Below are positions 1-8,049 of a stretch of DNA of 64,000 bases, one piece after another. The position numbers were made by a program, and so were the translations under genes. The notes beneath the pieces were generated by a model. The model was not told where the DNA came from. It made no database searches and saw only the letters and a program-made list of their open reading frames with translations. This DNA comes from a virus. The stretch spans positions 5,533 through 69,532 of the IMG/VR virus record IMGVR_UViG_3300025127_000023, one strand, 5' to 3'. Position 1 is the stretch's first letter; each line of letters starts with the position of its first letter.

Positions 1-4
1 AGAA

Positions 5-1999
5 TTGGTTGATGAGATTACAGAAGGTATTGAAATTAAAGTAGAACCAAACTCAAACTTCATTTTAGGCGGCTCGGCTCATTTTGGAAGCGACGCGCAT
101 TTTGATAACAGAACACTCAACCACATGTTTTCACAATTGCAAAACTTGGTCAACAAAGAGCAACGCAAGCACCACGCACCATTAGAGGAATTGGCATCGG
201 AGGCGGCACAGGATAGAGATGTTGTTGATGACGACGCGCCACCACCAATGGGACAACAAGAAGAAGTCAATCCCGCTAAGGTGTTCAACAAAAAGCATCA
301 CCAATTCAACCACCCTATGCTTTACTTCCACAAAGGACGAATGATGACACACGCTGAAATGCGCGCATACGACGACCATGACGGTTTTGATTCACATGCT
401 GTGTCGCCACATAAGATAGAAAAGTGGTTTGCGCGCAATGGCGACCCAACGCAACGCATGAAGATGAAAGACTACAAAAAATTGTTGAAGAATAGAAACT
501 ATCCGTTTGACCTTTATGCACCGCACCCCGATGATGACCCGTTGCGATTCGGCAACAAACCGTCCGATATATTGGGCGCGTTCAAAAGGCAAGGACCAAC
601 TGCTCGCGAAGCACAAGATTATGACAAGAAGCGAGCCGAAAAAATGAAGAAAAGAATTGCTGAAATGGAGGCTGAAAAAATAAAGCCGTTCATGAAAGGA
701 CGCACAATACTCCGCCATAACAATGAGTTCAACCAACTCGCGGACGAGTTAGGGATGCCGGTTGACAGCGATGAAGGCTTTGCGGGTAAGTTCTTTGAAG
801 GTCATCAATTGCATTATTCACTGCAAGATTTCCACGACGAAGCGCAGAAATGGTTTATGCCAACCGCGCCAACATTAGACGACAAGGGTAAGCCGATACC
901 GGGTGCTTATCAACAACCGATTGAGGGTGAAGCCCCACTTCATACAGAATTGTCGGACGCGATTGACAACCACCTTGAGAAAGAGTTTGAGCAATTCCTA
1001 AGAATGAAAGCAATCATGCACACCATCAATATGCAAAGAGAAGGTGATGCGCCACCACAGGAGGGTGAAATAACGGTAGCGCAATTCCGTCAAATGAATC
1101 AACCGGCTGAAATGGGTGGTGATGTCAAGGGAATGATGAACTTGAACGCGAAGATTGACGCAATTATTGAAGGCGCGAAGGGTCAAGATAGCGAAACAGG
1201 CAGAACAATTTATCGCTTTGGTGATGAAGACATATCACAGCACGACTACATGGATATGCGCTACAATGATTTGCAAGATGCAGGTCAAAGCGAACCCGAT
1301 ATGTTCACAGATGGCACACACAAAGGTCTTGCTGACATGCTTGATGCATACTTTGTCAACTACGAGAAAAACCCAATGGTTGCGAAGGACAAAAAGTTGG
1401 TCAAGTTTGGCGCGAACATGTATAAAGCGCATTTTTATCCGAACATGATGTTTGAATCGCTGATGAAGCGCAACGATTTGCGCGATTATAATGATTTAGA
1501 GCGCGCGTTAAAGGAAGACCCGGAGTTTGCGCAACAATATGCAATGACGATAGGGTTGGTTGAAGCGCAACACCCGAATTGGCAAGGACTACCGATTGAT
1601 ATTAGCGAACACCTTGATGACTTGAGCCATGTTGGTGGTGTAATGAATGATAAATATGTTCCAAAATACGGCACAGCGAGTCATCCGTTGTCGCAAGCCT
1701 CTCCTGTTGTGCCACAGAAGCCGGACTTGTCGCAGGAGATACAGAACATTCGCGTAATGCAACCTCAAACCGCAACTCAACCCGGAGATTACCCGGTAGT
1801 GGGTAGTGAATACGGATTATCACCGGATGACCCAATGATGACAACCCCAATCTCGCAACAGATACCTCCAATCACAGGTCAAGAGCAAGGCGGAGAGCAG
1901 ACAACGCCGCGACCAATGCCCGCGATGATGAACCCTCAATACCCCGGTGTGGAGATACCACCACCTGCTGACGATGACACGCCACCGCCGATGAGTTGA
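5..1999 (+). CDS. Hypothetical protein, 5'-truncated at window edge; acidic, Pro/Gln-rich C-terminus; possible internal virion protein
   Basis: 664-aa ORF open to the window edge; DDDAPPPM and DDDTPPPM motifs; no family recognised. Confidence 0.75.
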   Translation: MVDEITEGIEIKVEPNSNFILGGSAHFGSDAHFDNRTLNHMFSQLQNLVNKEQRKHHAPLEELASEAAQDRDVVDDDAPPPMGQQEEVNPAKVFNKKHHQFNHPMLYFHKGRMMTHAEMRAYDDHDGFDSHAVSPHKIEKWFARNGDPTQRMKMKDYKKLLKNRNYPFDLYAPHPDDDPLRFGNKPSDILGAFKRQGPTAREAQDYDKKRAEKMKKRIAEMEAEKIKPFMKGRTILRHNNEFNQLADELGMPVDSDEGFAGKFFEGHQLHYSLQDFHDEAQKWFMPTAPTLDDKGKPIPGAYQQPIEGEAPLHTELSDAIDNHLEKEFEQFLRMKAIMHTINMQREGDAPPQEGEITVAQFRQMNQPAEMGGDVKGMMNLNAKIDAIIEGAKGQDSETGRTIYRFGDEDISQHDYMDMRYNDLQDAGQSEPDMFTDGTHKGLADMLDAYFVNYEKNPMVAKDKKLVKFGANMYKAHFYPNMMFESLMKRNDLRDYNDLERALKEDPEFAQQYAMTIGLVEAQHPNWQGLPIDISEHLDDLSHVGGVMNDKYVPKYGTASHPLSQASPVVPQKPDLSQEIQNIRVMQPQTATQPGDYPVVGSEYGLSPDDPMMTTPISQQIPPITGQEQGGEQTTPRPMPAMMNPQYPGVEIPPPADDDTPPPMS

Positions 2000-2034
2000 G
2001 TTCTTGATTTCTCGGTCTTGTCTTGAACAATACA

Positions 2035-2057
2035 TTTATCGTTATTGTAGCGATAAA
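2035..2057. other. Intergenic hairpin (10-bp stem with one G-U pair, 3-nt loop)
   Basis: TTTATCGTTA-TTG-TAGCGATAAA in the longest non-coding gap of the window. Confidence 0.5.
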
Positions 2058-2092
2058 GAAACAAGAAAACAAGAATAAGGTGAATCAAATAC

Positions 2093-2100
2093 CTTTATTT
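2093..2100 (+). promoter_or_regulatory. Putative archaeal TATA box for the GTPase operon
   Basis: CTTTATTT upstream of GAGGGA SD (2124) and ATG 2135. Confidence 0.35.
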
Positions 2101-2134
2101 GATGCACACTTCACCCTACAACCGAGGGAACGCT

Positions 2135-2674
2135 ATGCAATCGGGCAGTAATCCACATAACAAAGACGAATTGAGAATACTTGGGCTGATTTCTTTCGTA
2201 TCAGTCTTGGTGGGGTGCGCTGTCGCGGTGTTTGACGCAGAATTGTGGCTTGTTGACCACAATAGCGTCCGCACGAACGCGCTGACATACACAATGGGCG
2301 CATTTACGCTACAAGGAATGTCATATTTCCTTTGGAAGATGCTTGCACAAGACTCAATGGACCAAAAAGCAAGTCTTGCAAACATGCAAAAGACCATGAC
2401 GCGACAAATGCAAAAGCAACAGATGGGATTCGCGCAAAAACAGATGGAAATTGAGATGAAAAAGCAAGAAATCCTTTTCGCTAACCAATTACAGCAACTT
2501 GAGGATGACCCGGAAGTAATTCAATACCTGCAATTGCAACAAGAGATGCAAGAGGCGGCAGAAGAGGCTATGAACGCACCAAATCATGAAGCGAAGAGCA
2601 AAAAACCAATGAAATTAGGTGCTAATCGCGAGAGAAACGCTGACGGCACTTACAAGAAGAGCAAAAAGGAGTGA
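2135..2674 (+). CDS. Membrane protein, two predicted TM helices plus Gln/Met-rich coiled coil
   Basis: Hydrophobic segments ILGLISFVSVLVGCAVAVF and ALTYTMGAFTLQGMSYFLW followed by a Q/E/K/M-rich helix; SD before ATG 2135. Confidence 0.75.
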   Translation: MQSGSNPHNKDELRILGLISFVSVLVGCAVAVFDAELWLVDHNSVRTNALTYTMGAFTLQGMSYFLWKMLAQDSMDQKASLANMQKTMTRQMQKQQMGFAQKQMEIEMKKQEILFANQLQQLEDDPEVIQYLQLQQEMQEAAEEAMNAPNHEAKSKKPMKLGANRERNADGTYKKSKKE

Positions 2675-2679
2675 AGACG

Positions 2680-2916
2680 ATGGGTTGGTTGTTCAAAACC
2701 CCAAGCGATGACGCTACCGAAGCGACATTACGCGCATTACACACTCAAAATACACTTGATACCTATTACGAGCGCGGAAAGGGTTTACTTTTTGCAATTT
2801 TGCTCGCGGCAATGACAGGATTAGGCGTATCATGGTTTGAATACGGCACAGATTTTAGTCTGTGGGAAAATACTGTTGAATGGGCGCGAAATAAAATTGT
2901 AGGTTGGGTTTCTTGA
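2680..2916 (+). CDS. Small single-TM membrane protein
   Basis: GGAGTGA SD, ATG 2680; hydrophobic LLFAILLAAMTGLGVSWF. Confidence 0.75.
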   Translation: MGWLFKTPSDDATEATLRALHTQNTLDTYYERGKGLLFAILLAAMTGLGVSWFEYGTDFSLWENTVEWARNKIVGWVS

Positions 2917-2917
2917 T

Positions 2918-3640
2918 ATGGTCGCGACAATGGCGGGTAGCGCGCTCATGGGTGCTGTCGTTTATGGTCGCGAACTGTATAACTTTCTCAAACCGCGCAG
3001 AATTGGCGTGTATGGACCAACTTTAGTCGGGAAAACCACGCTTGATGCGTTTATGAGAACACCGGGAGAGATGGAAGAGGTTGAAGAGCGAACAATGCAC
3101 CCAAAACGCATCTTGGCAAGCGGTCATGTGCTACCAAAAGCAACAAGAAAGCGTATTCGTTGGAAAGGTGAGAAAAGAGTCGTGCATTCGGCAGATATTG
3201 GAGGCCAACAGCGTTTTTGGAATCTATGGATTGATGATATGGTGGATAGGCAAGTGGAAATCGTTATTTTCATGACTGATACTCGCGCACTAAGGGGGAA
3301 CGGCTCACAAGTTATTGATGTTGTTGGAGGATTGGAGTTTCTTGTTGATGCGATGATTGAAAAGCGATGGAATTATCGTCGGTTAAAGACGCGATTGAAA
3401 GGAAAACGATATGCTCCGAAACAAGTGTGGATTATTGCAAACAAAGCGGACGAATGGTGGGATGAGAATGCAAACATTTTGTGGCAATCTAACCGTCTTC
3501 GCGAACATAAAGTGTTTGATGTTCACAGACCTGCAATGCGCAGACTACAAAAAGCGGGAATCCCTTGCCGCGTGTCAATGATGGCTACAAACATAGGGTG
3601 GAATGTTGAAAAGACACTGCTTGAAATGCTTACATGGTGA
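2918..3640 (+). CDS. Small Ras-superfamily GTPase, Arf/Sar-like
   Basis: G1 GPTLVGKT (3014-3037), G3 DIGGQ (3194-3208) followed by RFWNLW, VIFMTD strand, G4 ANKAD (3437-3451), N-terminal hydrophobic/amphipathic extension. Confidence 0.88.
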   Translation: MVATMAGSALMGAVVYGRELYNFLKPRRIGVYGPTLVGKTTLDAFMRTPGEMEEVEERTMHPKRILASGHVLPKATRKRIRWKGEKRVVHSADIGGQQRFWNLWIDDMVDRQVEIVIFMTDTRALRGNGSQVIDVVGGLEFLVDAMIEKRWNYRRLKTRLKGKRYAPKQVWIIANKADEWWDENANILWQSNRLREHKVFDVHRPAMRRLQKAGIPCRVSMMATNIGWNVEKTLLEMLTW

Positions 3641-3646
3641 TGAAAT

Positions 3647-4540
3647 ATGCTTAGAAATAAATCGCAAACCGAACTATTACGCCTTGCCGCACAGACGAAC
3701 ATGCCCTTAGCGCAAATGCAACAGCAAGCGCAATTACAAGCCGCGATGCAAGAGCATTCGGGCGTAATTGAAGTGCCTCAAGTTAATTTTTACCCTTCAC
3801 GACACCCTAACCCGGCAAAAGCGCGCCGCAAGGACATTAAGCAAGCATATCGCTTGTTGAAACCGACAAAGAGGAGCATTTTTTCACCTCGCAGATGGTT
3901 TTTTGGTGGTAAATACCGATACAACACCAACACAATGCGATGCGTTATTGATGGGGCAGATGTTGAGAATCTTATCCGTTTAGCGGGCAACATTTACGAC
4001 CAAATTATTGATGATGAAACGGGCAAGTCCTTGTGGGAGTTGTATTTTCACAATCCGGTCACAGGAGAGCCGGAAGCGTTTGTAGCGCGCGAAAATGTGA
4101 CAAGCGGGCGCAAATTACGCGGAACTTACTGTCCCGAACATTTGCATTTGTATCACATGCTGACAAAATGGGAACGCGAAGAAGAAGCCGAGCAAGAAGC
4201 GAAAGGAGGAACGCTCAAGGCGAAACTCAAGAAGGGTGTGTCGGTGGTAGCAGTTCCTATCAACACCATCAAGAAAAAGGACAACACGCCACCAACACTT
4301 GCTAAATACCAACCATTCTTTGAAATGCTCAAGCAAGACAACATTCCTGTCACTCACATGACGAATAACGCGACAGGGGTGAACGACTTGGTTGTTGTTG
4401 TCTTTGATATGCGCCAATTCCAATCGGGAGGCAACACAAGGGTGCTTTTTGACGCGTTAGCGATGCATCAAATGCAACAACAGGCCGCGCAAATGCAACC
4501 AATGCCCTTACCGACAGAATCAAATGATGGGAGCGCGTGA
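3647..4540 (+). CDS. Hypothetical protein, Gln-rich termini, possible Zn site (CVID...CPEH)
   Basis: 297-aa ORF with GGTGA SD, 6 nt after the GTPase stop. Confidence 0.8.
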   Translation: MLRNKSQTELLRLAAQTNMPLAQMQQQAQLQAAMQEHSGVIEVPQVNFYPSRHPNPAKARRKDIKQAYRLLKPTKRSIFSPRRWFFGGKYRYNTNTMRCVIDGADVENLIRLAGNIYDQIIDDETGKSLWELYFHNPVTGEPEAFVARENVTSGRKLRGTYCPEHLHLYHMLTKWEREEEAEQEAKGGTLKAKLKKGVSVVAVPINTIKKKDNTPPTLAKYQPFFEMLKQDNIPVTHMTNNATGVNDLVVVVFDMRQFQSGGNTRVLFDALAMHQMQQQAAQMQPMPLPTESNDGSA

Positions 4541-4549
4541 GGTGGTATC

Positions 4550-5128
4550 ATGGTGTGGCCTTTCAATGGTAATCAGCAACAACAGCAACCGCAAGGTGCA
4601 TTGAATCTTGGTTTGCCGAACGGACAACAACAAGTGTCAAATCAACAACAGCAGTGGGGACAGCAACAGCAATACGGTTTCCAATATCAAGCACCTCCTT
4701 CGGAGATGGAGATTTTGTCCGCGATGATAACAAGCAATCCAATGATTGACAAATGGCTCTCCGATAACAACGGAGAGAACATGAACATGCTTGTTTCGTT
4801 GTTAAGTAGTCTTGTCGCGGTATCAATGAACACGATTCTTGCAAACACGCGCTTAATTGAAGATGGGGACGGCTACAAGTTTGATTTTAGCGGCGTTCAA
4901 GGTATGCCAACGGCTGATAGCGTCATGATGAGTCAAACACAAATCCTCAACAAAGCGTCTAACAATGTTCAGCAAAAAACCATGCAGTTTCAACAAATGG
5001 TTAATGTAGCCAATCAAGGAATTATGCAAGGTATGTTGAATGAAGCGATGACTGACCCCGGTATGATGCAAAGTGTTGGTGGCGGTCTTGGTTCGTTAGT
5101 GCGCGGATTAGCAACAGGTGGTCGTTAA
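4550..5128 (+). CDS. Gln-rich hypothetical protein with C-terminal amphipathic helix
   Basis: GAGGTGG SD; poly-Q N-terminus; ends VGGGLGSLVRGLATGGR. Confidence 0.8.
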   Translation: MVWPFNGNQQQQQPQGALNLGLPNGQQQVSNQQQQWGQQQQYGFQYQAPPSEMEILSAMITSNPMIDKWLSDNNGENMNMLVSLLSSLVAVSMNTILANTRLIEDGDGYKFDFSGVQGMPTADSVMMSQTQILNKASNNVQQKTMQFQQMVNVANQGIMQGMLNEAMTDPGMMQSVGGGLGSLVRGLATGGR

Positions 5129-5129
5129 G

Positions 5130-5375
5130 ATGCAAAGTGGAGATTGGACGGGCGGTTTGTTCACCGCCATTAGCGATTTTAGCAACATGCGTAAATCAGT
5201 CATCGTTGACATGATTATGGTTCAACTTATCAGTCTAACACTTGGCTGTTTTATCATCATCGCGTTCAACAGCAACAGCATGAGTTCAACAAACTTGTCG
5301 TATTTGCTTGTTGTTCTGTTTGCGCTATTCAGTTTTACCGGAATTGTTTATCGCAGATTTGCGCATCAAGGTTGA
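5130..5375 (+). CDS. Small two-TM membrane protein
   Basis: Two hydrophobic stretches and a basic C-terminus; ATG 5130 directly after the upstream stop. Confidence 0.75.
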   Translation: MQSGDWTGGLFTAISDFSNMRKSVIVDMIMVQLISLTLGCFIIIAFNSNSMSSTNLSYLLVVLFALFSFTGIVYRRFAHQG

Positions 5376-5621
5376 CCACTTACCAATCGGGCATTCGCTT
5401 GACCTTAGCGTTGTTTTGAAGTTCATGAAACAGCCACATAATTCACAACGCGGAGCATCATAGTGTTCGCAAGTGTGGCAAACCTTCAATCTTCTATCGC
5501 GCTCTTCATTATCCACCTTTCTGTTCAGTAAAGAGTCTTTAACACCCTTGCCAAGACTGATTGCGGCAGTTTTGTTAAGCGGAATGCCCGCAATTCGGGG
5601 TGTCTTTTTCAAAGGGCGCAT
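5325..5621 (-). CDS. Cys-rich Zn-binding protein (DUF6171-like)
   Basis: RLKVCHTC...CELCGCFM...KT...CPIGKW pattern; TTGAAA box 29 nt upstream of ATG 5621. Confidence 0.75.
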   Translation of the reverse strand: MRPLKKTPRIAGIPLNKTAAISLGKGVKDSLLNRKVDNEERDRRLKVCHTCEHYDAPRCELCGCFMNFKTTLRSSECPIGKWSTLMRKSAINNSGKTE

Positions 5622-5642
5622 CAAAAACGCTATAACACAATG

Positions 5643-5652
5643 ATTTTCAAGT
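5643..5652. promoter_or_regulatory. Putative bidirectional TATA-like element between divergent leaderless genes
   Basis: TTCAAG (+, 5646) is 27 nt before GTG 5673; TTGAAA (-, 5650) is 29 nt before ATG 5621. Confidence 0.45.
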
Positions 5653-5672
5653 GTTTCGCCATGCCCTTACAT

Positions 5673-6341
5673 GTGGGCGAAAGAATTACGCGAGCATCTT
5701 GTAACTTTTGTCAAGACCCGGAACGCGATATGTTGGAAGAATTGATGCGTGATGGAATTATCACTGCGAAGCAATTGGATAAAGACAAAGGTTGGCGCGA
5801 AGGAACAGCAGACCGCCACTTCCGCAACCACATGGGTGAATACCACATGGGCGCAAACAGCGATTGCGCGTTTTGCACATCGCCTAAACGCGAGTCGCTT
5901 GAAAAAGCATACTATAATGCAACGATGACTACAAATGAAATCGCAGAAGACATCGGTATGCCGGAATCAAGCGTGTATCACCATCTCAAATATCACTTCA
6001 AGCCTATTGTGCAAAAAGGTGCGGCGGACATCATCGCTATTGAAGCAGGAAACGAAATGACATCAATCCGCAATAATCTAAATCGTTTGAATGGTGAATT
6101 GGGTTTCTTTCTTGATGATGCAGACCGTAATGACCCACAATATGTGCGCAACATTGTATCGCTTCACAAAGAAGTTCGCGACACAATCAACATGATGATG
6201 AAGATTCAAGACCGCGCCGCAGGTAATGTGACAGAAAATATCAACGCGCAAACGATTAACATTCTCAAGGTTGAGTTAGCGAAGGAATCTCCCGAAGTGT
6301 GGCGCAGATTGCGAGGTAAACTGATGGGTGATGAGGCATGA
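5673..6341 (+). CDS. Tandem CxxC-HTH DNA-binding protein with coiled coil; possible terminase small subunit
   Basis: CNFC...RHFRNH and CAFC...HHLKYH repeats with HTH-like spacing; start uncertain (GTG 5673 or ATG 5661); first gene of the block containing TerL. Confidence 0.6.
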   Translation: MGERITRASCNFCQDPERDMLEELMRDGIITAKQLDKDKGWREGTADRHFRNHMGEYHMGANSDCAFCTSPKRESLEKAYYNATMTTNEIAEDIGMPESSVYHHLKYHFKPIVQKGAADIIAIEAGNEMTSIRNNLNRLNGELGFFLDDADRNDPQYVRNIVSLHKEVRDTINMMMKIQDRAAGNVTENINAQTINILKVELAKESPEVWRRLRGKLMGDEA

Positions 6342-6766
6342 ATGAAGAGAAGGCAGTGTATGTGCCATTTATTCAATGCGATGACATTACAGACAACGAC
6401 CTGTTGTTGTTGAGTCGCCCATTAACGACAGAAGAGTTCCCGCGTTTTTTCAAACTTACACATCATGTCATTGACCGATGGCATCATGCAGTGAGCAATA
6501 TGGCTCCCTCCATTTATGCGGAGTATCATACGCACAGGGGTATTCTTCGCGATGTTGAAACTCAATTCAAAATACTCATGGTTGATGATGGCGAGAAGTT
6601 CATTCAAACAAAGAGCATACTCGCGCATCAATTAAGCGCAGTTCATCTTATTTTCACCTCTTACGCGTCTGCATTTACGGGTAATGAAGATGTGTGCATC
6701 TTCTATTACAACATACCGAGTGTTCTCCAAAGGTCTTTTGAAGCGATATGCAATGGTGATGACTAA
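6338..6766 (+). CDS. Hypothetical protein
   Basis: 142-aa ORF, ATGA overlap, GGTGA SD. Confidence 0.75.
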   Translation: MNEEKAVYVPFIQCDDITDNDLLLLSRPLTTEEFPRFFKLTHHVIDRWHHAVSNMAPSIYAEYHTHRGILRDVETQFKILMVDDGEKFIQTKSILAHQLSAVHLIFTSYASAFTGNEDVCIFYYNIPSVLQRSFEAICNGDD

Positions 6767-8049
6767 TGCCGATGGGAGAGGGGACAGGTAGCACATCGGG
6801 ATTGAGATTCAATCCGCGATATAGCGCGGAAGAATTAGAAGAAGATTCAAACACAGGTCGCGAAGACTCGGAAGAGCGAGCAAAGCACAATGCGAAGAAG
6901 CAAGAGAAGCAGGAGAAGCGCGCTCGTTTGTTGCAAGGTATTCAACACTTACAAATCAAAATACCACAGCAAAACAAAGAAGATGAAGAACGACCTACCG
7001 AAGAAGCAGGTGAACTTGCAGGGCAAGTCGGACAGGCTGACGCGATTGATGGTGCTAATCCACGCGCTAACGGTCAAGGCATGGGTGTTATGACAGGCGA
7101 ACCAATGGACCTCGCGTTTGATGTCATAAAAAAAAAGTCAAAAGACGAACCCAAATACGACAGGGACAAGCCTCAACCCACTACAACCATTGACACTGTT
7201 CGTGCGCGACAACGCGCAGAAAGAGGCAGAAAGAGAAGCAAAGGTAAGAAGACTCTTGAAACTGTGAAAAACAAGCGACGCAAAAGAGAAGGCAAACCGC
7301 TAAGGACAGGTTCAAAGCGTAATACAAAAGGTGTCACGCGACAAAGAGCAGGAACGCAAGCCGGATTGCTTTCACCTGCTTACAGCAGAATGTCCCCAAT
7401 TTACTCTCGTTATGTAAGTCAATTTACAGGGCGAGGGCAACGATATGCGCGACCGGCAATTGCGTTCGCCAATCCAAGAGCAAAAGCGGCACAGCGACAA
7501 AGAGATGAAACAAGAGAACAGCAACCAACTCAAGATTTAGCACCTCCAATTCCTACCATTACCACAGAATCAAGAGTGCCACACGCTCGCCGTGGTTCGC
7601 CGGAGCATCGCGATGCGTTACTTGGGCCAAAAAAGATTCACACGCCCCGCAAACCAAAAACACCAATGGGTGCGGAACACTCACAGGCCACTGATTTGGC
7701 AATGGGCGGCTCATCACCACTTGGAGATTCAGCAGTTCTTGCGTCGCTTGAGTTCATCAAGAAAGGACCGATAGGCGATTACTTGAGAGCAAGAGCGTCA
7801 AGACCGCGCATGACTCATGCTGACAAAATTGAGTATCGCAGACTCGTTGCTAAGTTGGAGAAATTGTTACGCGGATTGCGTAAAGCCGACGCTTCGCTTG
7901 ACCCTGCACCCGATGGTCCAACTCCTAACGCGCATCGTCGCATGACTTCTTCACCAACAGGCGCGACAGAATCCGACCCGGATGATGACCCTACAATGTG
8001 GGGCGCACACGCTTACGGTTTGTATGTGAGAAGGGGTGGTATGACATGA
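6766..8049 (+). CDS. Basic low-complexity protein carrying GEPMDLAFDVIK tag; candidate internal virion protein
   Basis: 427-aa ORF, Arg/Lys-rich centre, tag at 7096-7131. Confidence 0.75.
   Translation: MPMGEGTGSTSGLRFNPRYSAEELEEDSNTGREDSEERAKHNAKKQEKQEKRARLLQGIQHLQIKIPQQNKEDEERPTEEAGELAGQVGQADAIDGANPRANGQGMGVMTGEPMDLAFDVIKKKSKDEPKYDRDKPQPTTTIDTVRARQRAERGRKRSKGKKTLETVKNKRRKREGKPLRTGSKRNTKGVTRQRAGTQAGLLSPAYSRMSPIYSRYVSQFTGRGQRYARPAIAFANPRAKAAQRQRDETREQQPTQDLAPPIPTITTESRVPHARRGSPEHRDALLGPKKIHTPRKPKTPMGAEHSQATDLAMGGSSPLGDSAVLASLEFIKKGPIGDYLRARASRPRMTHADKIEYRRLVAKLEKLLRGLRKADASLDPAPDGPTPNAHRRMTSSPTGATESDPDDDPTMWGAHAYGLYVRRGGMT

Noticed and set aside
7128-7137. A9 run forming A AAA AAG, a classic -1 slippery sequence
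   Set aside because: It encodes a Lys run, the -1 frame stops at 7191 after about 20 codons, and I saw no stimulatory structure
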